Source: Ramazzottius varieornatus | Taxonomy: Eukaryota > Animalia > Tardigrada | NCBI GenBank assembly: GCA_001949185.1 | Contig: BDGG01000014.1 | Location: 1,333,378 to 1,397,377, forward strand | Reading direction: 5' to 3' | Length of the DNA: 64,000 bases | In this document: positions 58,607-64,000 of the stretch, one piece after another | Position numbering within the stretch: position 1 is the stretch's first letter | Layout of the letters: the number at the start of each line of letters is the position of its first letter | Notes under the pieces: model-generated | The model's input: the letters and a program-made list of their open reading frames with translations, nothing else | Databases searched by the model: none | Told to the model about the DNA's origin: nothing | Position numbers and translations under genes: made by a program

Positions 58607-61600
58607 GCTCACGAGAGGGTGCGCAACACGGAGAACGCGGCGCTGGGGCAGATTTCCCAGCTGGAAAGCCGCATCAACGACATTTGCCGCGAACGGGACG
58701 ACCTGCGGGCACTGCGCGAACAGAACGACCAAGAGCTGAGCACACTGCGCCGCACCATGTCCCAGAGGGAAGAAGAATCGCGCAGACGCCTCAGCGAACT
58801 GGAACATCGCTCAACACGAGGTACGTACTGCATTCTCAACCTCTCTTCTTGACAGAAGGAACAAACAGCAGAAGGGGAAAACAGTTTGTAGGCGCTTAGT
58901 CTTAGCAACACAGCGCCCAAGTTCATTTCTGACAAAATATACAAGATTAAAGTCAGGCTAAAGGGGAGGTGAAAATGCCAGGAGTTAGATGAGGTTCACT
59001 CCATGATTATATGGATGTTGTAGTACATTGGCCACTGCCGCTGTAGTAAGGTGATATCAGCGTGTCTTTAGCTGTACTACATTGAGAGATGAATAAGAGG
59101 GTGGCCAGAAGGCTGATGCTTGACCATGACGACCCTTCAGGCGCTCCGCATCAGTTGCGCTTGAATGTGCTGGTGGAAGATGGTAAAGGTGATGTGGACA
59201 GCTGCATTACACTGAGTGTACCGGCAGAGAATCAGCAGGAATGTAGTTGGGATTTCGATGTGCTGTCGGTCGTTTATAGCCTCCGTCAGGCACTGACATC
59301 TTCCAACAGCCCTCCACCTCACCAAGCATGTATAGTGGCTGCTAGAACCTAGTACATATCATATGATAACTGTTTGCACCTTGATATGAGAAGAAGTGAC
59401 TGTTAACTTGTGCATTACTTACGGTAGATGCATCAGGCCTGACGGGTACACCAGCTGGAGCGCGGTTATGCGTAGCCGCAGGGGGAGGAGCAGCGCCTCC
59501 GCCCCCTCCCCCTCCGCCGCCGCCGCCCAACCTCCCTCTGGGACGACGGGCGGTTGTGTCGGCCGCACCGGCCACTCCTGCTTCGTCATGGATGCCACCG
59601 CCTCCTCCCGCTCCACCCGCCGCACCTGGCATGGCTGAAGCGCCACCTGGAGGTACTACAGCCTTACCCAGTATGCATACGCTGTCTTTGCTCCTGACCA
59701 CATTCTTTCCTGTCCTTTGCAGCCTTGACCATCAAGCGAAAGGTCAACACCAAGCACAAGCTACCTGTCCTCAACTGGATTGTTCTCAAGCCAAACCAAG
59801 TCAAGGGGACAGTCTTCAGTGAGCTGGATGATGAGAAGATCCTCTCGGTAAGCAACAGAAAGGCATATACTCCTCGTTGTTTATCCCCTTTGTCTTGCTG
59901 CTGCGCATTAACTATAGCATCTGTCTTGGCGGGTAGTCTTTGGACTTTAGTCAGTTTGAGGAAAGCTTCAAGACGGGTTGCAGTGGACGAAGCATGTCGA
60001 TGGTCAAGAGTGGCCAAGAGACGGCGCTGGCTGCTGGTGATCCAATGGACAGCAATGTGGCCGACCAGGACGGCCGGCCCCGCTTCCGCAAGGTGGAGAA
60101 GGTCTCCCTGTTGGAAGCCAACCGCCTCAGAAACCTCGGTAAGACAGTGTCCAACAAGGTCACATAGTTTCGTAGTAGGCAGCTTCTTTTGCCCTGTCTT
60201 TATTAGCCATCATGCGGCGCAACATTGAGCTGAGCACGGAAGAAGTGGTGGCTGCGCTCAACAACTTTGACATGGAACGGCTGCGCCAAGACTATATTGA
60301 GGTCTTGCTGAGGATTATGCCGGCCGAAGAAGAGATTAAAAAGTACAAAGATTATGATCGCGAAAAGAGGCCGGTGGACGTTTTGACCGATGAAGACAAG
60401 TTCCTCCTACAGGTAGAAAGACATGGCCATATAACGTTGGCAATAATTATGGCTGAGCAATAATATATGTTTGTGTTGCAGATGATCTCGCTAGTAGAGC
60501 GGCTAGGGCAAAAGTTACAGATTATGAACTTTATCAACACCTTCCAAGGCAGCATCGCCATGCTGACGCCGCAACTGCAGGCCATCTTTACGGCCTCGCG
60601 GGCTGTCAAGAAGTCGGACAAGTTTCGCAAAATCTTGGAGCTGGTGCTGGCCTTCGGTAACTACCTCAACAGCAGCCGCCGAGGGCCGGCTTACGGCTTC
60701 AAGCTCCAAAGCTTAGAAACGGTACTTCTCTTCAGGACCTACACTTGTCATGTTACAGGCTGTCCCCTCATATCTTTGCCTCTTCTTTTTCATAGCTGTT
60801 AGACCTCAAGTCGACGGACCGCAAAACCACACTGCTGCATTATATTGTCCAAACCGTCAGCGACAACTTCCCCCAACTGCTGCACTTTGACAATGAACTC
60901 ATCTTTATTGATAAAGCAGCAGAGGGTATATTAGTAGTAGTGTTTCGCTTTGTGGAAATAATTCGATTATTATACTCAGGCCTTTGTAAGAAGTCATGGG
61001 GTGCCGTATGTTTAGCCGACTGTCGTGCACCTGCATACATGGTCGGCCCTGACACTGGGTGCTAAAGGAGTATGCAGGTGGACAAGGTTGGTCGGACTTG
61101 GGCTGTAGCCAGTGTCTGATTGTTGCAGTGTCGTTGGAGAATGTCATCACGGATATCCACGAGCTGGACAAAGGGATGGAAATGACGCGGCGGGAATGCG
61201 AGCTGGGTATGAAGCATAGCGTTGGCTGGCAGCTGCTGTCGGACTTTGTGGGTCACAACGAGCAGCGTCTCAGTCAGCTGCAGAAAGAGCAACGCATTGC
61301 CGTCGAGGCTTTCGCCGACGCCGCCGAGTACTTTGGCGAGTCGCAACGCACCATCCAACCCAAAGACTTTTTCACCTCCATCCTCCGCTTCACCAAGGCC
61401 TTCCGCGCTGCCGAAGAGGAGAACCAGCAGCGACTGCTCAAGCTGAGGGAAGCCGCTTCGGCCCATCAGTCGCCCTCTCATGGCAGCCGCACCCGCTCCA
61501 AGAAGAACCAGGTGAGCAAAGCTGCCTGCCTTAACACTTTGTTTGCTAAGCTGAATGTTGGCCTACTTGCTTTCTTCAGGAAGCCGTCATGTCCGAACTG

Positions 61601-61855
61601 AAGAACCGCACCAGCAATATCAAGGACAAGAAGATTATCGCACAGGAAGAAGTCTATCATGGCGCGCTGGAAGACATTCTTCTCGGTATAAGCCCCCAGT
61701 CTGTTTTTGTTTTGTTGGTAGCAAACTGACCGCTTGCTGAATGTTTTGCAGGGCTGAAAAGCGAGCCTTACCGGCGAGCCGACGCTTTACGGCGCAGTCA
61801 AAGGCGGAGGGAGGGCGCGACACTGTCGCAAGCCATCAGTGAGTTTGACTTGTGA
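55668..61855 (+). CDS. FMNL: Formin-like protein (FMNL/FRL; GBD/FH3-FH1-FH2-DAD)
   Basis: [62 protein letters not shown], polyproline FH1, [40 protein letters not shown] and GALEDILL (DAD). Confidence 0.95.
58576..58604 (+). repeat. (TG)n microsatellite abutting an FMNL splice acceptor
   Basis: About 14 TG units followed directly by AG|GCTCAC. Confidence 0.95.
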
Positions 61856-62529
61856 TCCAACTGTGATAGACGCACCCCTTGGACGCCATGGACCAAGGCA
61901 GATGACTAGTGTAGCTTCACTCAAGAATGCATCTCATTTGTCACAACAATTCTCTTCCTCCTTTCAGTACTGTTGTCTTCTATAGAGAGAGGCCACACTC
62001 CTCTTCTTTTGTACGATGTATTTATTTCTACTATTTACTGTACTTTCATGCAGCTGGAAGGCTGACTGCTTGCCACCGTGTGCCCCACTCCCAACACGGT
62101 TCTTCTTTTCCCTTTGTCTAGCTGGGTCTTCTCCTGACTCTTCCCCGTGACAGACCTTAGTTACTTTCTTGTTGAATGTTCGGCCTTTCGGTAAAACATG
62201 GAGTCCGTAACGGTAGAGAGCAGAAAACTTTATCGCATTCCTCCGTCGCTTCTTCGAGAAACAGCTGCTAGTCCCCTACGATCTGAACTCCTTGTTTTTC
62301 CACGGTCGCTGGACTAGGGAATGATTTACGCCTTGCCGACGAACTATATGCTTAGTAGGCGCTGAACCTATCGTTCTTGAACGTTTGCCGGATACTTCAC
62401 ACTTTTCGAGTGTGCGATTCGCCGATCCTTGACAATGATTTTTCGTACGTCTTGCAACAAGTCATCAAGCCACGATACGATTACGGTACATTTAGGATAC
62501 TTCATGGATTGAAGGAACCGAAATCGAAT

Positions 62530-62835
62530 TCTCTGGCCGGAAACCAACCCGGAAGTCGACGCGGAAACGATCATTACTCCACTTTTTTAATACAAAGTAT
62601 CCATCAAAAAATAGTTTTAGCATTCTCTCGCTGTGCTCTATCGAATGATCAGAAAAAACAGATCTCGGACCCCAAACTTTCTTGCGATCTGGGGGTCCGA
62701 GATGTGTTTTCTTTGACCATTCGATGGAGCACAGCGAGAAGATGATAAAAATATTTTTTGATGGATACTTTGTATTGAAAAAATGGAGTAATGATCGTTT
62801 CCGCGCCGACTTCCGGGTTGGTTTCCGGCCGGAGA
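62530..62835. mobile_element. ~300-bp foldback/palindromic element between convergent FMNL and PAK
   Basis: Arms of ~145 bp (62530-62673 and 62691-62835) are near reverse complements along their whole length, separated by a ~17-nt loop. Confidence 0.85.
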
Positions 62836-63401
62836 GATCCCATGTTCATTGCCTTGTATTCTAGAGCGAACCATTTGCAGTGGTGTTTACCCTGGTATAT
62901 TGACATCAGATTTGTCTGCTCACGGGGTAACAAAGTCATTAGGGACCTTAGATCGGACAGAGCGGTCCGGCGTTCGAGGAAAAGTGTGCTCGGAGTCTGC
63001 GGTTGAATATTCTACTAGCCTTGCCAGAAGCGTGCGTCTGCCGTCGACCACCGTATGCCTGGAAGCCTGGCTTCAACCAGCACAATTATACAGGATCAAT
63101 ATCAGATGGTGTCAACTCAAGGTGGGATTACAAACGGTAGAAAAACTTGGAGATTGAGGGATTCAACTACGAGCAAAGAACCCACGCCACTTTAGGTCCA
63201 ATAGAGTTCAAATCGATGAGATTACAAAAGAGACGGAGTAAAACTTCCTTATTATCGATTGATAAAACGGAAAGTGAGACATTAGTAGAAACGAAAGTCT
63301 GCAAAAATAAATAGCATAACAAAAAAAGCGACGGAAAAGGTGGCTTTGCTGAAAGAAGAGATAATAAGATCAAAGGTAAAAAGTGAGCAAGGTAAAATGG
63401 T

Positions 63402-64000
<599 letters not shown>

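Noticed and set aside
62377-62939. Similar ORFs on opposite strands (GNQPGSRRGNDHYS)
   Set aside because: A direct consequence of the DNA palindrome, not a duplicated gene.

Overview
Eukaryotic genomic DNA from a compact, intron-rich invertebrate animal genome (typical introns about 55-80 nt, GT-AG, one clear GC-AG); the taxon cannot be determined from this window. I assembled 17 spliced genes by hand from the ORF fragments and splice sites: VPS13 (3' part), CaMKK, LAPTM4-like, RPS12, an ELOVL elongase, CoA synthase, SRD5A-like reductase, an unnamed secreted precursor, a small Bdp1-like SANT protein, CCT3, TOMM40, PRMT1, SURF6, a WSB-like WD40 protein, Duox, FMNL formin and a group II PAK (3' part). 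Five families of non-autonomous inverted-repeat elements (MITE/foldback type) lie in introns and intergenic DNA. The most striking item is a 5-exon gene at 26803-28075 that the ORF track misses because it is split across frames. It encodes a signal peptide, an inhibitor-cystine-knot (knottin/toxin-like) peptide ending in an amidation/cleavage signal (G-RKRR), an 8-Cys module, a helical domain and probably a dibasic-released C-terminal peptide FCLLVCW, so it looks like a multi-peptide precursor. Other oddities are a WSB homolog apparently lacking its SOCS box and a CaMKK lacking the RP insert but carrying a very long low-complexity N-terminus and an extra kinase insert. All family assignments come from recalled motifs, not database searches, and exon boundaries are manual predictions.
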